Positions 38,250-48,225 are shown, numbered from the stretch's first letter. The stretch is DNA of 64,000 bases from Pedobacter sp. (GCA_050253415.1 JBFWJC010000007.1:67879-131878); one strand, 5' to 3'. Translations and numbers: made by a program. The notes: generated by a model from the letters alone, not told the origin.

Positions 38250-38861
38250 ATGGGTAAAGCGTTTTATCTGAGTAAAACCTTCTGGCTTAACGTGCTGGCG
38301 ATCGTTGCTCTCATTCTGCAGAGCTACACCGAGTTTGTGCTGTCGCCCGAAGCGCAGGTGGCCATCCTCGGCCTGATCAACCTCATCCTGCGGGCTGTCA
38401 CCAATGAGCCGTTGTCCTGGGGCAATCAGACCGGCCGCCTCGCGCCGCCTCTAGTGCTGCACCTGCTGATGGCATGCCTGGCGCTTGGCTTGCTGGTGTC
38501 GTCCTTGCCCGGCTGCGCCATCACGCAGCAATCCCATGCCAGTATCGCCGCCAAAAGCCTGCTGGCCGCCCAGGCCGTCACGGTCGGTTTGGCCGAAGCC
38601 GCCGATGCTATGTGCACAGCGGGTACGCTGAACCAGGGCCAGTGTGACCAGTTCGGCGAGATCTACGGCCAGGCCCGCGCCAGTTACGACCTGGCCACCG
38701 AACTGCTAATCGTGGCGATCGAGTCCGGCGATTCGGAGGAAAGCGCCGCCTGGGCCAACTACCAGGTGGTCAATGCCCGATTTTTCGACATCACAACCAG
38801 CATGCAGGCGATCGCCACTGAATTCGGCATCGTATCCGCCACCGGGGAGAGTGACCAATGA
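38250..38861 (+). CDS. Holin-like N-terminus fused to a lipoprotein-like domain
   Basis: K.FYLSKTFWLN...INLILRAVT.EP two-TM segment, then a hydrophobic stretch ending SSLPGC and a helical domain. Confidence 0.6.
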   Translation: MGKAFYLSKTFWLNVLAIVALILQSYTEFVLSPEAQVAILGLINLILRAVTNEPLSWGNQTGRLAPPLVLHLLMACLALGLLVSSLPGCAITQQSHASIAAKSLLAAQAVTVGLAEAADAMCTAGTLNQGQCDQFGEIYGQARASYDLATELLIVAIESGDSEESAAWANYQVVNARFFDITTSMQAIATEFGIVSATGESDQ

Positions 38862-39049
38862 ACGAGCAAACCGTTGCCCTGATACTGGCCCTGCTGCCGG
38901 TCGCCGAGAAACTGATATTCGAAGTCGGGGGCCGCCTGATCGAACTATCCACCGCTGATCTGACCCGTGAGGAGTTGGTGGCCGCCCTGGAGAAAAGCAA
39001 GGCGCAGAGCTGGCCGCAGCTGGAGTTCGCCAGCCCTCGGCTGGATTGA
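38858..39049 (+). CDS. Small lysis-region protein
   Basis: ATGA overlap, RBS. Confidence 0.55.
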   Translation: MNEQTVALILALLPVAEKLIFEVGGRLIELSTADLTREELVAALEKSKAQSWPQLEFASPRLD

Positions 39050-39052
39050 TTT

Positions 39053-39265
39053 GTGGACGATATCGACCGCGCCCAGGCGATTAACGAGCAGCTGCAGGCA
39101 GACGCCATGCGCGATTGGCGTCTGCGGCAGCAGACCGGTTCAGGGCTGAGTGAGTGTGAGGAGTGCGGGGAGGAGATCCCCGAGAAGCGGCGGCAGGCTA
39201 TACCGGGTTGCCGATTATGTGTGGATTGCCAAGGCGCCCTGGAGCTGGCGCGAGGGAGACGGTGA
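39053..39265 (+). CDS. TraR/DksA C4-type zinc finger protein
   Basis: D.IDRAQ, CEECGEEIPEKRR.AIPGCRLCVDCQ. Confidence 0.9.
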   Translation: MDDIDRAQAINEQLQADAMRDWRLRQQTGSGLSECEECGEEIPEKRRQAIPGCRLCVDCQGALELARGRR

Positions 39266-39673
39266 GTGGATTACGAAGCTTTGCGGTTCTGGCGTGATGC
39301 CGTGCTGGCGGTCCTTATGGCGGCGAACTTTATTTATACCTGGTGGGTGAATCGGGAAAAAGTCAATGCCAGGCGTTTTAAATCGCTGGAAGACAAGGTG
39401 GCGGATAAGCAAGACCGCGAGGAGGCTAAAAAGGCCACGGCCGAGTACGAGGACCGCTGTCTGCGACACCGCGAACGCACCGGCAGTATCGAAGGCGCCC
39501 TGGGGCGGTTGCAGACTGAAGTCCACCATCTGCCGAGCCAGGCGGACATAGGCCGGGTGCACGCTCGCATGGATGACGTGCTGGGGCTGGTTAAAGAGCT
39601 GGGCGGCAATATGCAGGCCAGTCGCCGGCAACTGGATCTTGTTTTGGAAGAGCTGCTGCGGAGGGATAAATGA
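39266..39673 (+). CDS. DUF2730-like membrane coiled-coil protein (Mu gp25 position)
   Basis: N-terminal TM, HLPS..D, coiled coil. Confidence 0.65.
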   Translation: MDYEALRFWRDAVLAVLMAANFIYTWWVNREKVNARRFKSLEDKVADKQDREEAKKATAEYEDRCLRHRERTGSIEGALGRLQTEVHHLPSQADIGRVHARMDDVLGLVKELGGNMQASRRQLDLVLEELLRRDK

Positions 39674-39966
39674 GTTTCGCCGACATTGTAATCGCCGACA
39701 TCCGCCTGATCATTCTGCGCACGCTGGCTGAGGATCAGGGCTACAGCATGAACGAATCCGTGCTGCAGGAAGTACTGGGCATGTTCGGACATGCCGTCAG
39801 CCGGGACCGGGTCAAAACAGAATTGCGCTGGCTGGAGGAACAGGGCCTGGTCACGGTGGAAAACGTGGTCGGCATCATGGTCGCCAAGCTGACCCCGCGC
39901 GGTGCCGATGTGGCAAGCGGCGCGGCTAAGGTCGATGGTGTCAAGCGTCCGCGGCCGAGGGGCTGA
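39670..39966 (+). CDS. Mu gp26-like protein
   Basis: RL.ILR.L....GY..NES, SRD.V...L.WL.EQGLV, LT.RG.DVA.G...V.GVKRP.P. Confidence 0.8.
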   Translation: MSFADIVIADIRLIILRTLAEDQGYSMNESVLQEVLGMFGHAVSRDRVKTELRWLEEQGLVTVENVVGIMVAKLTPRGADVASGAAKVDGVKRPRPRG

Positions 39967-39968
39967 CC

Positions 39969-40565
39969 ATGGGCGGCCGCCAGCAATCAAGCATCGATCT
40001 GCTCCCCGAGGAGATCCGGAGCCAGCTGCAGGATCTGCTCAACGATCGCCGCGTCACGCAGCTGCAGGCGGTGGAGCGCATCAACGCCATCCTCGCCTCC
40101 ATGCGCGACGCCGGCAAACTTCCCGAGTACGCTCCCGACCGGCTGAGCAAGTCGGCGGTCAACCGCTATGCCCTGCGCATGGAAGAGGTCGGCGCCAAGT
40201 TGCGCCAGTCCCGCGAGGTGGCCGAGGTCTTCATTTCCAAGGTCGGCGCCGCGCCCCAGGGGCAGGTCGGGCTGCTAATCAACGAGATGCTGCGCTCGAT
40301 GGCCTTCGACCTTTCCCTCAAGCTGCAGGATGCCGACCTGGAAGATCCGGAGAAGATGTCCGCCACCATCGACCAGGTCAAGGCCCTGGCGCTGGCGGTG
40401 CAACGCTTGGAGCAGGGAGCCAGCATCAACGTCAAGCGCGAAACCGAAATCCGTAAGCGCGCCCTGGAGGCCGCCGCAGAGAAAGTTGGAGACGCTGCCA
40501 TCCAGCGCGGCTTGACCAAAGAAGACGCGCAGTTCTGGCGCGAGCAAGTATTGGGGATTCGATGA
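39969..40565 (+). CDS. Terminase small subunit (Mu gp27/DUF3486)
   Basis: SSID.LP.EIR..L...L, SKSAVNRY. Confidence 0.8.
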   Translation: MGGRQQSSIDLLPEEIRSQLQDLLNDRRVTQLQAVERINAILASMRDAGKLPEYAPDRLSKSAVNRYALRMEEVGAKLRQSREVAEVFISKVGAAPQGQVGLLINEMLRSMAFDLSLKLQDADLEDPEKMSATIDQVKALALAVQRLEQGASINVKRETEIRKRALEAAAEKVGDAAIQRGLTKEDAQFWREQVLGIR

Positions 40566-42175
40566 ATCAGCCAGGGGATGTTGTTCGCATACTCAGCCCG
40601 GAAGAGTTGCCTAACGATGTTCGCAGCCTGCCGGCCGATCACAACCCGCTGCGTGATGGCGTGTTGATGAAGCACCAGGTCGCCTGGTGCAAGCTGATCA
40701 ACGCCGAGGACCTCTGCGTGGCGGAAAAAGGCCGGCGAACCGGAATCACCTACGCCACCGCCCTGGATGACACGATCACCGCCTCCAGCTCGAAAGAGGC
40801 TGGCGGTGATGACAGTTACTATGTCGGGGACACGAAGGAAAAGGGTCTTGAATTCGTCGGCTACTGCGCCCACTTTGCCCGCGTCATGGCCTGCGCCATG
40901 GCGGAGAACTGGAATGGCATCGAGGTCTTTTTATTCAAAGACCAGGAATTCGACCAGGTCGGCAACGAGATTGCCACCCGCGATATCACAGCCTATCGCA
41001 TCCGCTTCGCGTCCGGTTTTCAGATCGTGGCTCTGTCCAGCAATCCGGCCAACATTCGCGGTCTGCAAGGGATCGTCAACATCGATGAAGCGGCTTTCCA
41101 CAAAAACGTGCAGGCGGTGATCGACTCGGCGCTGGCGCTGCTGATCTGGGGCGGCAAGATCCGCATCATCAGCACCCACAATACCGATCGCAGTCCCTTT
41201 AACCAGCTGGTCAAAGATAGCCGCGCCGGACTGCAGCCATTCAAGATCATGCGCATCACCTTTGATGATGCCGTGAACAACGGGCTGTACGAACGGGTGT
41301 GCATGGTTCGCGGATGGGAACCGACAGCCGAGGGCAAGGATGCCTGGTACAAAAAGATCCGGGGCAGCTACGGCACCAACAAGGCGGCGATGAAGGAAGA
41401 GCTGGACGCCATCCCCCGCGAAGGCAGCGGTGTGGCCATCCCCAGCATTTATGTCGAACAGTGCATGCACGAGCCCCGGCCGATACTGCGGCTGGCGCTT
41501 GAAAAGGAATTCGCCCTGCAAGACGACTATGTCCGCCGTCGCTGGGCCGAGGATTGGATCAGGCAGAACATCAACCCGTTGCTCGATCTGCTCGACCCCA
41601 AGCTGGTGCACGTATTTGGCAGCGACTATGCCCGCTATTGCGACTTTGCGGTGTTTGTCCCCGGAGAACAGCAGCAGGATCTGGTACTCAAGGCACCTTT
41701 CATGATTGAGATGCACAACGTCCCGACCCGCCAGCAGGAGCAGATCCTCTGGCATGTTATCGAGCGGATGCCACAGTTCCGCTGCGGAGCCATGGATGCC
41801 ACCGGTAACGGCCAGACCCTGGCCGAATATACCGCCGATCGTTTTGGCCATGATGTCATCGCCCAGGTCAGTCTCAACGATGCCTGGTACCGCAACAACA
41901 TGGGGCGATTCGAGGACGCCTGGCGCGATCGCATGCTCGATGTTCCGGCCGATGCGGATGTGCTCAACGACGTGCGCGCCCTGGAGCGGATCGACGGCAT
42001 CATCAAATTGCCGAGTATCAAAACCCCGGACACCAAATCCGAAGGACTTAATCGGCACGGTGACTCCGCCATCGCCCTGGCGCTGATGCACTACGCCAGC
42101 CAGCTTGACATTGCCGAAACCACCATCCTCTCCGCCGCCCCCAGAGCTGCGGCGGGCATGTTCAGGGGGTACTGA
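40562..42175 (+). CDS. Terminase large subunit (Mu gp28-like)
   Basis: EKGRRTGIT, RGLQG...IDEAAFH, IISTHN, DATGNG, RHGDSAIALAL. Confidence 0.92.
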   Translation: MNQPGDVVRILSPEELPNDVRSLPADHNPLRDGVLMKHQVAWCKLINAEDLCVAEKGRRTGITYATALDDTITASSSKEAGGDDSYYVGDTKEKGLEFVGYCAHFARVMACAMAENWNGIEVFLFKDQEFDQVGNEIATRDITAYRIRFASGFQIVALSSNPANIRGLQGIVNIDEAAFHKNVQAVIDSALALLIWGGKIRIISTHNTDRSPFNQLVKDSRAGLQPFKIMRITFDDAVNNGLYERVCMVRGWEPTAEGKDAWYKKIRGSYGTNKAAMKEELDAIPREGSGVAIPSIYVEQCMHEPRPILRLALEKEFALQDDYVRRRWAEDWIRQNINPLLDLLDPKLVHVFGSDYARYCDFAVFVPGEQQQDLVLKAPFMIEMHNVPTRQQEQILWHVIERMPQFRCGAMDATGNGQTLAEYTADRFGHDVIAQVSLNDAWYRNNMGRFEDAWRDRMLDVPADADVLNDVRALERIDGIIKLPSIKTPDTKSEGLNRHGDSAIALALMHYASQLDIAETTILSAAPRAAAGMFRGY

Positions 42176-44382
42176 TGCCGGGATTGTGGCTCACCGAAAA
42201 CCAATACGTTGACCTGGCCGAGACGCCCGATCACACGGCGCTGACCGGCGATCTGGCGACGCGTGGCAATGCCATGGAGTGGCTCGATCTTATGGGCATG
42301 CTGCCGGATCCGGATCCGGTGCTGCGCAAGCTGGACGATGGCGGCGTGAAGGTGCTAGAGGGCCTGCTGGCCGACGGTCATCTGATCAGCGTGGTGCAAT
42401 CGCGCAAATTGGGCACGCTAAAAAAGGAGTTTCGTTTCGAACCGGGCAGCCTCAAGGGCGAGGAGCCCTCGGCCGCTGCCGTCCAGCTGCGTGACGACCT
42501 GGTCGAGGATCTGGAAAACGTCGACCTGTACAACCTGGTCAGCAGCATCCTCGATGCGCCCCTGTACGGCATGAGCCCGGTGGAGATCCTCTGGGCGTCC
42601 GGCGACTCCAGTCTGCGTATCGCGGATCTGATCGGCAAGCCGGTGCGCTGGTTTGGTTTTGACACGGACAACCACCCGAGATTCCGCAGTGCCGGCAACC
42701 CCTGGTTGGGCGAGGTATTGCCGTTCGGCAAATTCGTGTTTGCCAGGCATTTTCCGACCTATGACAACCCCTACGGGCTGCGCCTGCTGTCGCGGTGCTT
42801 CTGGCCGGCGGCTTTCAAAAAGGGCGGCATCAAGTTTTGGGTCACGCTGGCGGAGAAATACGGCATGCCGTTCATGCTCGGCAAATACCGCCAGGGCGCG
42901 CCGCCGTCGGAACAGCAGGACATGCTTAACAAGCTGGCAGGCATGGTGCGCGACGCCTGCGCGGTTATCCCCCAGGGCGGCACGGTGGAGATCCTCGACA
43001 ACAAGGGAGCCTCAACGGCAGACATCCACGAGCGGCTCAAAAGCGCCATGGACGCCGAGATGAGCAAGGTGATCATGGGCCAGACCCTGACCGCCGAGGT
43101 CAGTGCCCAGGGTGGCTCCCGTGCGCAGGGACAGGTGCATGAGGATATCCTCGAGGACTTCCGCGATGGTGACCAGAAACTGGTCAAAACCACCATGGAG
43201 GAGATCGCCTGGCTCTACGGGAAAATCAACGCACCTGGGGTACCGACGCCGTCATTTAAATGGTTCGAGGAGGAGGAACCGCAGAAGGAGTTCGCCGATC
43301 GGGACAAGACCCTGCAGGAAACCGGCGTGCGGTTTCGCAAATCCTACTACGTGCGCCGCTACGGGCTGCAGGAGGACGATTTTGATCTGACCGGTGAGCA
43401 GCCTCAGCCCCCGGCCGAGTTTTCCGAACCTGGCGGCACGTCGGGCGGCGCCGACCCAGTCGATGCGCTGGCAAATCAGTCTATGCAACAGGCCGATGGC
43501 CGTGATCTGACGGCCGCCGTTTACCAGGCGCTGCAGGCTGCACGGGATTTCGAGGATGCCGGCACCCGATTGGCGGCGCTGGCCGAAACATCCGTGGAGG
43601 TGATTGCCGGTGCTTTCGGGCAGGCCCTGCTGCTGGCACAGCTGGCCGGGCGCGCCGAGATCCAGAGCGCTGCCGAATTTGCCGAGCCGCTTGACCTGCC
43701 GTTTGAGGAGGCGATCGCGTACTTCCGTCAGAAGTTGTCGATCCCTACAGCGACCTGGACCGGCTTGTGGAAAGGTGAGCATGCCAAAGGCTTCACCATC
43801 GCCGGCGCACTTCGCGACGATCTGCTGACGGACTTCCGAGGTGCGATCGACGCGGCGCTGGCCGAAGGGAAGACCATTTCCGACTTCCGACAGGAGTTTG
43901 ACGCCATCGTGCAGCGCTACGGCTGGAGCTACAACGGCGGCCGTGGCTGGCGCACCCGCGTGATCTACGAGACCAACGTGCGCACCGCCTATCAGGCCGG
44001 CCGCTACGCGCAGATGAGCGACCCCGACGTGCTCAGTTATCGCCCCTACTGGCGCTACCGGCACGGCGACAGCCGTCAGCCGCGACCGCAGCATCTGGCC
44101 TGGGACGGATTGGTGCTGGCAGCTGACGATCCCTTTTGGCAGACCCACTACCCGCCCAACGGTTGGGGCTGCAAGTGCCGGGTCGATGCCTTGTCCGAAC
44201 GGCAACTAACCAAGCTCGGCAAAACCGTGCCGGATAAGGCCCCGGCAATCGAGACCTACGAGTGGACCGATCGCAACACCGGCGAGATCCACCAGGTTCC
44301 GGTTGGCATCGATCCGGGGTGGGATTACAACGTCGGCAAACAGTGGCTCAACCCGGCCACCGGCAAACGAGAGCAACGCTGA
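42175..44382 (+). CDS. Portal protein (DUF935/gp29) fused to head morphogenesis protein (gpF/gp30)
   Basis: Portal motifs NPYG..LL, EKYGMP, SKVIMGQTLT, then in frame LPFEEAIAYFRQK, IYETN.RTAY.AGR, R..H..WDG, PPNGWGCKC. Confidence 0.88.
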   Translation: MPGLWLTENQYVDLAETPDHTALTGDLATRGNAMEWLDLMGMLPDPDPVLRKLDDGGVKVLEGLLADGHLISVVQSRKLGTLKKEFRFEPGSLKGEEPSAAAVQLRDDLVEDLENVDLYNLVSSILDAPLYGMSPVEILWASGDSSLRIADLIGKPVRWFGFDTDNHPRFRSAGNPWLGEVLPFGKFVFARHFPTYDNPYGLRLLSRCFWPAAFKKGGIKFWVTLAEKYGMPFMLGKYRQGAPPSEQQDMLNKLAGMVRDACAVIPQGGTVEILDNKGASTADIHERLKSAMDAEMSKVIMGQTLTAEVSAQGGSRAQGQVHEDILEDFRDGDQKLVKTTMEEIAWLYGKINAPGVPTPSFKWFEEEEPQKEFADRDKTLQETGVRFRKSYYVRRYGLQEDDFDLTGEQPQPPAEFSEPGGTSGGADPVDALANQSMQQADGRDLTAAVYQALQAARDFEDAGTRLAALAETSVEVIAGAFGQALLLAQLAGRAEIQSAAEFAEPLDLPFEEAIAYFRQKLSIPTATWTGLWKGEHAKGFTIAGALRDDLLTDFRGAIDAALAEGKTISDFRQEFDAIVQRYGWSYNGGRGWRTRVIYETNVRTAYQAGRYAQMSDPDVLSYRPYWRYRHGDSRQPRPQHLAWDGLVLAADDPFWQTHYPPNGWGCKCRVDALSERQLTKLGKTVPDKAPAIETYEWTDRNTGEIHQVPVGIDPGWDYNVGKQWLNPATGKREQR

Positions 44383-44924
44383 TGGCCGGTGCACAGCAGA
44401 TATTCGACGGCAGCTTTGATGACGACGCGGTGCAGAAGCGCCTGCGCGATATTGAGCGGGCCGCCGGTGATCTGACCCCGGCGATGAAAAACATCGGCGA
44501 GCACATGCTGCAGAGCACCGAGGAGAACTTCCGCACCGAGACCGGCCCCGACGGTCAGCCATGGCAGGACGTATCGCCAGCGACCAGGGCGCGCAAGAGG
44601 CACCAAAAGGTACTGACAGAGAGCGGACATCTGCGCGGCACGGTCAACTACCGGGCCAATCGCAAGTCGGTCAGGGTCGGCACCAATGCCCCCTATGCCG
44701 AACCGCATCAGTTCGGATTTGACGGCATCGTGCAGGTACCGCAGCAGAACCGCCTGGTCAAGCAGGCGTTTGGCAAGAAGCTTAAGCATCCGGTATGGGC
44801 CACGGTCGGGGCATTCAGCTTTGAACAACACATACCGCAAAGGGAATTCCTTGGTATCGGTCGGGACGACACCGCCGAGATCGTCAGCATCCTGGAAGAT
44901 CACTTTGCCGGGGCGATTAAATAG
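44382..44924 (+). CDS. Virion morphogenesis protein (Mu gpG-like)
   Basis: P.M..IGE......E.F.....PDG.PW, VGTN..YA..HQFG, IP.R.FLG. Confidence 0.85.
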   Translation: MAGAQQIFDGSFDDDAVQKRLRDIERAAGDLTPAMKNIGEHMLQSTEENFRTETGPDGQPWQDVSPATRARKRHQKVLTESGHLRGTVNYRANRKSVRVGTNAPYAEPHQFGFDGIVQVPQQNRLVKQAFGKKLKHPVWATVGAFSFEQHIPQREFLGIGRDDTAEIVSILEDHFAGAIK

Positions 44925-45075
44925 AGATGCTGAAAATCGCTCTGTAACAACGCAAAGGGTCGAGTCGGGCAAGTCTGCGTGTTTTTAAGATGCGTCCAGC
45001 ACAGAGGAATTTAAAGAGGGTTTAAACGGGGTTTTGTGGGTGGTTTCGATAGCCACCAATAACAGGAGAGCACTT

Positions 45076-46074
45076 ATGAATCGTGTGCATATTTTCAAGC
45101 CCGGCAAATACATGGCCACCAACGGTCAAACGTATGAATTCACCGAAGCCATGTTGCAAGCCTCGGCGGCGGCTTACGATCCGCAGTTGCACGAAGCGCC
45201 TATCGTCCTCGGCCATCCCAAACATGACGACCCGGCGTATGGCTGGATCAGCAAACTGGAGTTTGCCGACGGGCAGTTGTGGGGTAACCCCGACCAGGTT
45301 GATCCCGGGTTCGCCGAATTGCACCGGGGCGGTCGTTACAAGAAGCGCTCTGCTAGCTTTTACTCGCCTGACGATCCTCGTAATCCTGTGCCAGGCGTGT
45401 TTTACCTGCGACACCTCGGCGTGTTGGGGGCGCAACCACCGGCAGTAAAGGGTCTCAAGGCGGCTAATTTCGCAGATGGCGAAGCGCCGGTCACGCTCGA
45501 GTTCGGCGACTGGAATGACCGGACCATCGCCCGGGTGCTGCGCAAGATGAAGAATTTCTTTATCGAGCAGTTCGGTAAGGACAAAGCCGATCAGCTCATT
45601 GATGAATGGGATCTGGAGGAAATTACTACCGAGGCTTTGCGACCTGAGCCGGTTAAAGCAGAGCCCGTCAACCCCGAGTTCGGCGAACCGCCGAGAAAGG
45701 ATCTTCCCATGCGACTGACGCCGGAAGAGATCGCGGCCAAAGAGGCCGAACTGGTAGAGAGGGAAGCCGCGCTAGGCCTGAAAGAGGCCGCCGGCCGCAA
45801 AGCTGCCGATGCCGCTTTTGCCGAACAGTTGGTCAAAGACGGCAAGCTCCTTCCGCAACACAAGCCCTTTGTAACCGACTTCCTCGAGGCCATCGAGGGC
45901 AACCAGGTCGAAGTGGCTTTCTCCGAAGGTAAAAAAGTCTCCCCCAGGGAGGCGTTTTGCCAGTTCCTCGAGGATCTTGGTAGTCATCCGCTGTTTAAGG
46001 AAATGACCAGGGAACCCGAGACTACAGATAAGGACACGGCGTCCTTCGCTGAACCCCTGACCGATCGCGTTTAA
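45076..46074 (+). CDS. Prohead protease/scaffold (gpI/Z-like)
   Basis: IFKPG, EAPIVLGHP, PAYGW, YKKRSASFY, YLRHLG.LGAQPPAVKGL. Internal in-frame ATG at 45709 with an AAGGA RBS. Confidence 0.85.
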   Translation: MNRVHIFKPGKYMATNGQTYEFTEAMLQASAAAYDPQLHEAPIVLGHPKHDDPAYGWISKLEFADGQLWGNPDQVDPGFAELHRGGRYKKRSASFYSPDDPRNPVPGVFYLRHLGVLGAQPPAVKGLKAANFADGEAPVTLEFGDWNDRTIARVLRKMKNFFIEQFGKDKADQLIDEWDLEEITTEALRPEPVKAEPVNPEFGEPPRKDLPMRLTPEEIAAKEAELVEREAALGLKEAAGRKAADAAFAEQLVKDGKLLPQHKPFVTDFLEAIEGNQVEVAFSEGKKVSPREAFCQFLEDLGSHPLFKEMTREPETTDKDTASFAEPLTDRV

Positions 46075-46108
46075 TCACTGACCTGTTACAGACCACAAGG
46101 AGATCATC

Positions 46109-46708
46109 ATGGCCATTAATGGTAATACCGCAAGCTTTGGACGCAGCGAAGAAAAGGCCGGCCTGCCCGGACACAGCCCGGTCCTGGTGGGCATCATACT
46201 GGCCGGCGCGTCTGGCGTTTACCCGGTCGGTCTGCTGCTCACCCGCGACGGTGCCGATGTCGGCCAGCCACTCCAGGTGGTGGTGGCCGAGGTGCTTGGA
46301 GCCGGGGACGGTGCCACCAAGGATTTCGCAGCCACCCTGGGCGATGGACTGCCCGTTGAGCCCGGCACGATCACGGTCACCGACGGCGTCGAAGCGTTCG
46401 CCGACGATGGAAGCGGTCGTCTGGTTGGCGACGCAGGCGGCACCGGCACCATCAACTATGCCACTGCCGCGATTGCGGTGAGTTTTGCCGCCAATGTCGT
46501 CAACGAGGTCGACGTCACGGCCGACTACATCACCCGGGTTGATGCCGTGCTGGATCAGGAGATCGACACCGCCGCCGAAACTTCCGGCAACGCCGTGATC
46601 CACGGCACCGTGGCTACACAAGCCCTGAAGGTTGGCGCCTTGGCCAAGGCTGCCCCGTCGGCAGCACTGCTCAAGAAACTGCGCCGCGCCGGCATTTACC
46701 CGATATAA
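46109..46708 (+). CDS. Head decoration-like protein with inserted beta-rich domain
   Basis: Lies between the protease and capsid genes. C-terminal ..HG.V....L.....L...GIYP. Confidence 0.55.
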   Translation: MAINGNTASFGRSEEKAGLPGHSPVLVGIILAGASGVYPVGLLLTRDGADVGQPLQVVVAEVLGAGDGATKDFAATLGDGLPVEPGTITVTDGVEAFADDGSGRLVGDAGGTGTINYATAAIAVSFAANVVNEVDVTADYITRVDAVLDQEIDTAAETSGNAVIHGTVATQALKVGALAKAAPSAALLKKLRRAGIYPI

Positions 46709-46740
46709 CCGGATTTAACAAACCCAAGGAGACAACCGCC

Positions 46741-47718
46741 ATGAACAGTATTCGCAACCTGTTTACCGCTGCCGCCATCGTGCAGTACCTGAAATCCCTG
46801 CCGGTGATTCGCACCCCGGTCATCGACACGGTGTTCGCCAATCGCCCGCAGTTGGGCTTGCCCTTAGTCGGCCGGGACGATGTCAACACTGTGGTGCGCG
46901 CCATGCCCCTGACTCGTCGCGGTGCGCCGTCCATCTCTATCGCAGCCGGTACCGGTCAGGCCGATTTCTTCGAGCCGTTTCCGATCAATCCGGACGTCTT
47001 TGTCGGGGCGCATGACATCAACAACCTCAAGCTGCTCGGACCGGCAAGCAAGCAGGCCTGGGCCCAGCAAAAAACCGACCTGCTGCGGCGGACCATCCGC
47101 GAGACCACTGAAGCCATGGCAGCTATTGCCATTACCGGCACCCTGGCTTGGCCGGTGCAGCTCGAGGGTGGTGCTTTCGATACCTACCAGGTGGTGTTCG
47201 GCACGCCGGTCGCCTACGTGCCTGATAAGAAATGGGATGCTGCAGATGCCAAGATTAGCCATGTGATGCAGCAACTGCAGGACATGCAAGAAGCGCTGCA
47301 GGATAACGGCTACGGCAGCGTGATCGAATTCTGGGCTGGTAAAACTGCCTACGGGGCCTTGTTGGTGCTGGCCGAAAAGGTCACCACCACCGCCAAGGTA
47401 CGGGTGGAGATCTCTGACAAGGGCATCGATATCGGTGGCTTTCTGGTCAAGCGCCGCACCGAAAAGCACCGCAACCCGCAGACCGGAGCCATGGTACCTA
47501 CCGTGGCGGACAACGATCTAGTGGCAATTGCTATGGATGCCGGGCATGTGATGCCGTATGCCGCCCTGGATGATCTGGACGCCAACCTGCAGCCGTTGCC
47601 GATGTTCGTCAAGCCGATCGAAAAGCAGAACCCCAGCGGCATCCAGCTGGTCGGCAACAGCAAGCCGTTCCCGTCGCCCAACATGAAGGGCATCGCCAAG
47701 GCGACGGTGACCGGCTGA
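46741..47718 (+). CDS. Major capsid protein (lambda gpE-like family)
   Basis: Position and 325-aa size. MP...RGAP, T.EAMAA.AITG, S.P.P.P C-terminus. Confidence 0.75.
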   Translation: MNSIRNLFTAAAIVQYLKSLPVIRTPVIDTVFANRPQLGLPLVGRDDVNTVVRAMPLTRRGAPSISIAAGTGQADFFEPFPINPDVFVGAHDINNLKLLGPASKQAWAQQKTDLLRRTIRETTEAMAAIAITGTLAWPVQLEGGAFDTYQVVFGTPVAYVPDKKWDAADAKISHVMQQLQDMQEALQDNGYGSVIEFWAGKTAYGALLVLAEKVTTTAKVRVEISDKGIDIGGFLVKRRTEKHRNPQTGAMVPTVADNDLVAIAMDAGHVMPYAALDDLDANLQPLPMFVKPIEKQNPSGIQLVGNSKPFPSPNMKGIAKATVTG

Positions 47719-47786
47719 TCGATAGATCAAGGTAAATAATCACCGGGGCGGCCCTGCCGCCCCGCCAACTTAACTCCGAGGTCATT

Positions 47787-48215
47787 ATGTATTGCGGCAT
47801 CAACGACATTCTCGAACGGATACCCAACGAGATCCTGATCCAGCTGACCGACGACGCTAATCTCGGGGCGGTTGATCTCGCCAATGTCAATGCCGCCATC
47901 GACCGGGCCGACAGCGAAATAGATGCCTGGTGCGGCGGCCGCTACCGGGTGCCGTTTGCCCAAGCGCTGTCGATCATCGCTGAACTGTCGGCTGACATGG
48001 CCGCCTATCACCTCTACAGCCGGCGGCAGGAGATCATCCCCGAGGCCAGGGCGATGCGATACAAGGATAACGTCGCCCTGCTCAAGGAGATCGCCAAGGG
48101 AACGGTGAAGCTGCCCGGGGCCGCCGGAGCGGAAACGACCGTCGAAACGGATGGCGGCATGCTGACCAGCACCTCTCCACGGTTGTTCGGTTCGGATACC
48201 CTGGATCAGTTTTGA
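47787..48215 (+). CDS. Head-tail adaptor (Mu gp36/DUF1320)
   Basis: MYC...D......L.QLTDD, AI..A..EID.....RY.VP, D.A.Y.LY. Confidence 0.85.
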   Translation: MYCGINDILERIPNEILIQLTDDANLGAVDLANVNAAIDRADSEIDAWCGGRYRVPFAQALSIIAELSADMAAYHLYSRRQEIIPEARAMRYKDNVALLKEIAKGTVKLPGAAGAETTVETDGGMLTSTSPRLFGSDTLDQF

Positions 48216-48225
48216 GGAGAAACCA

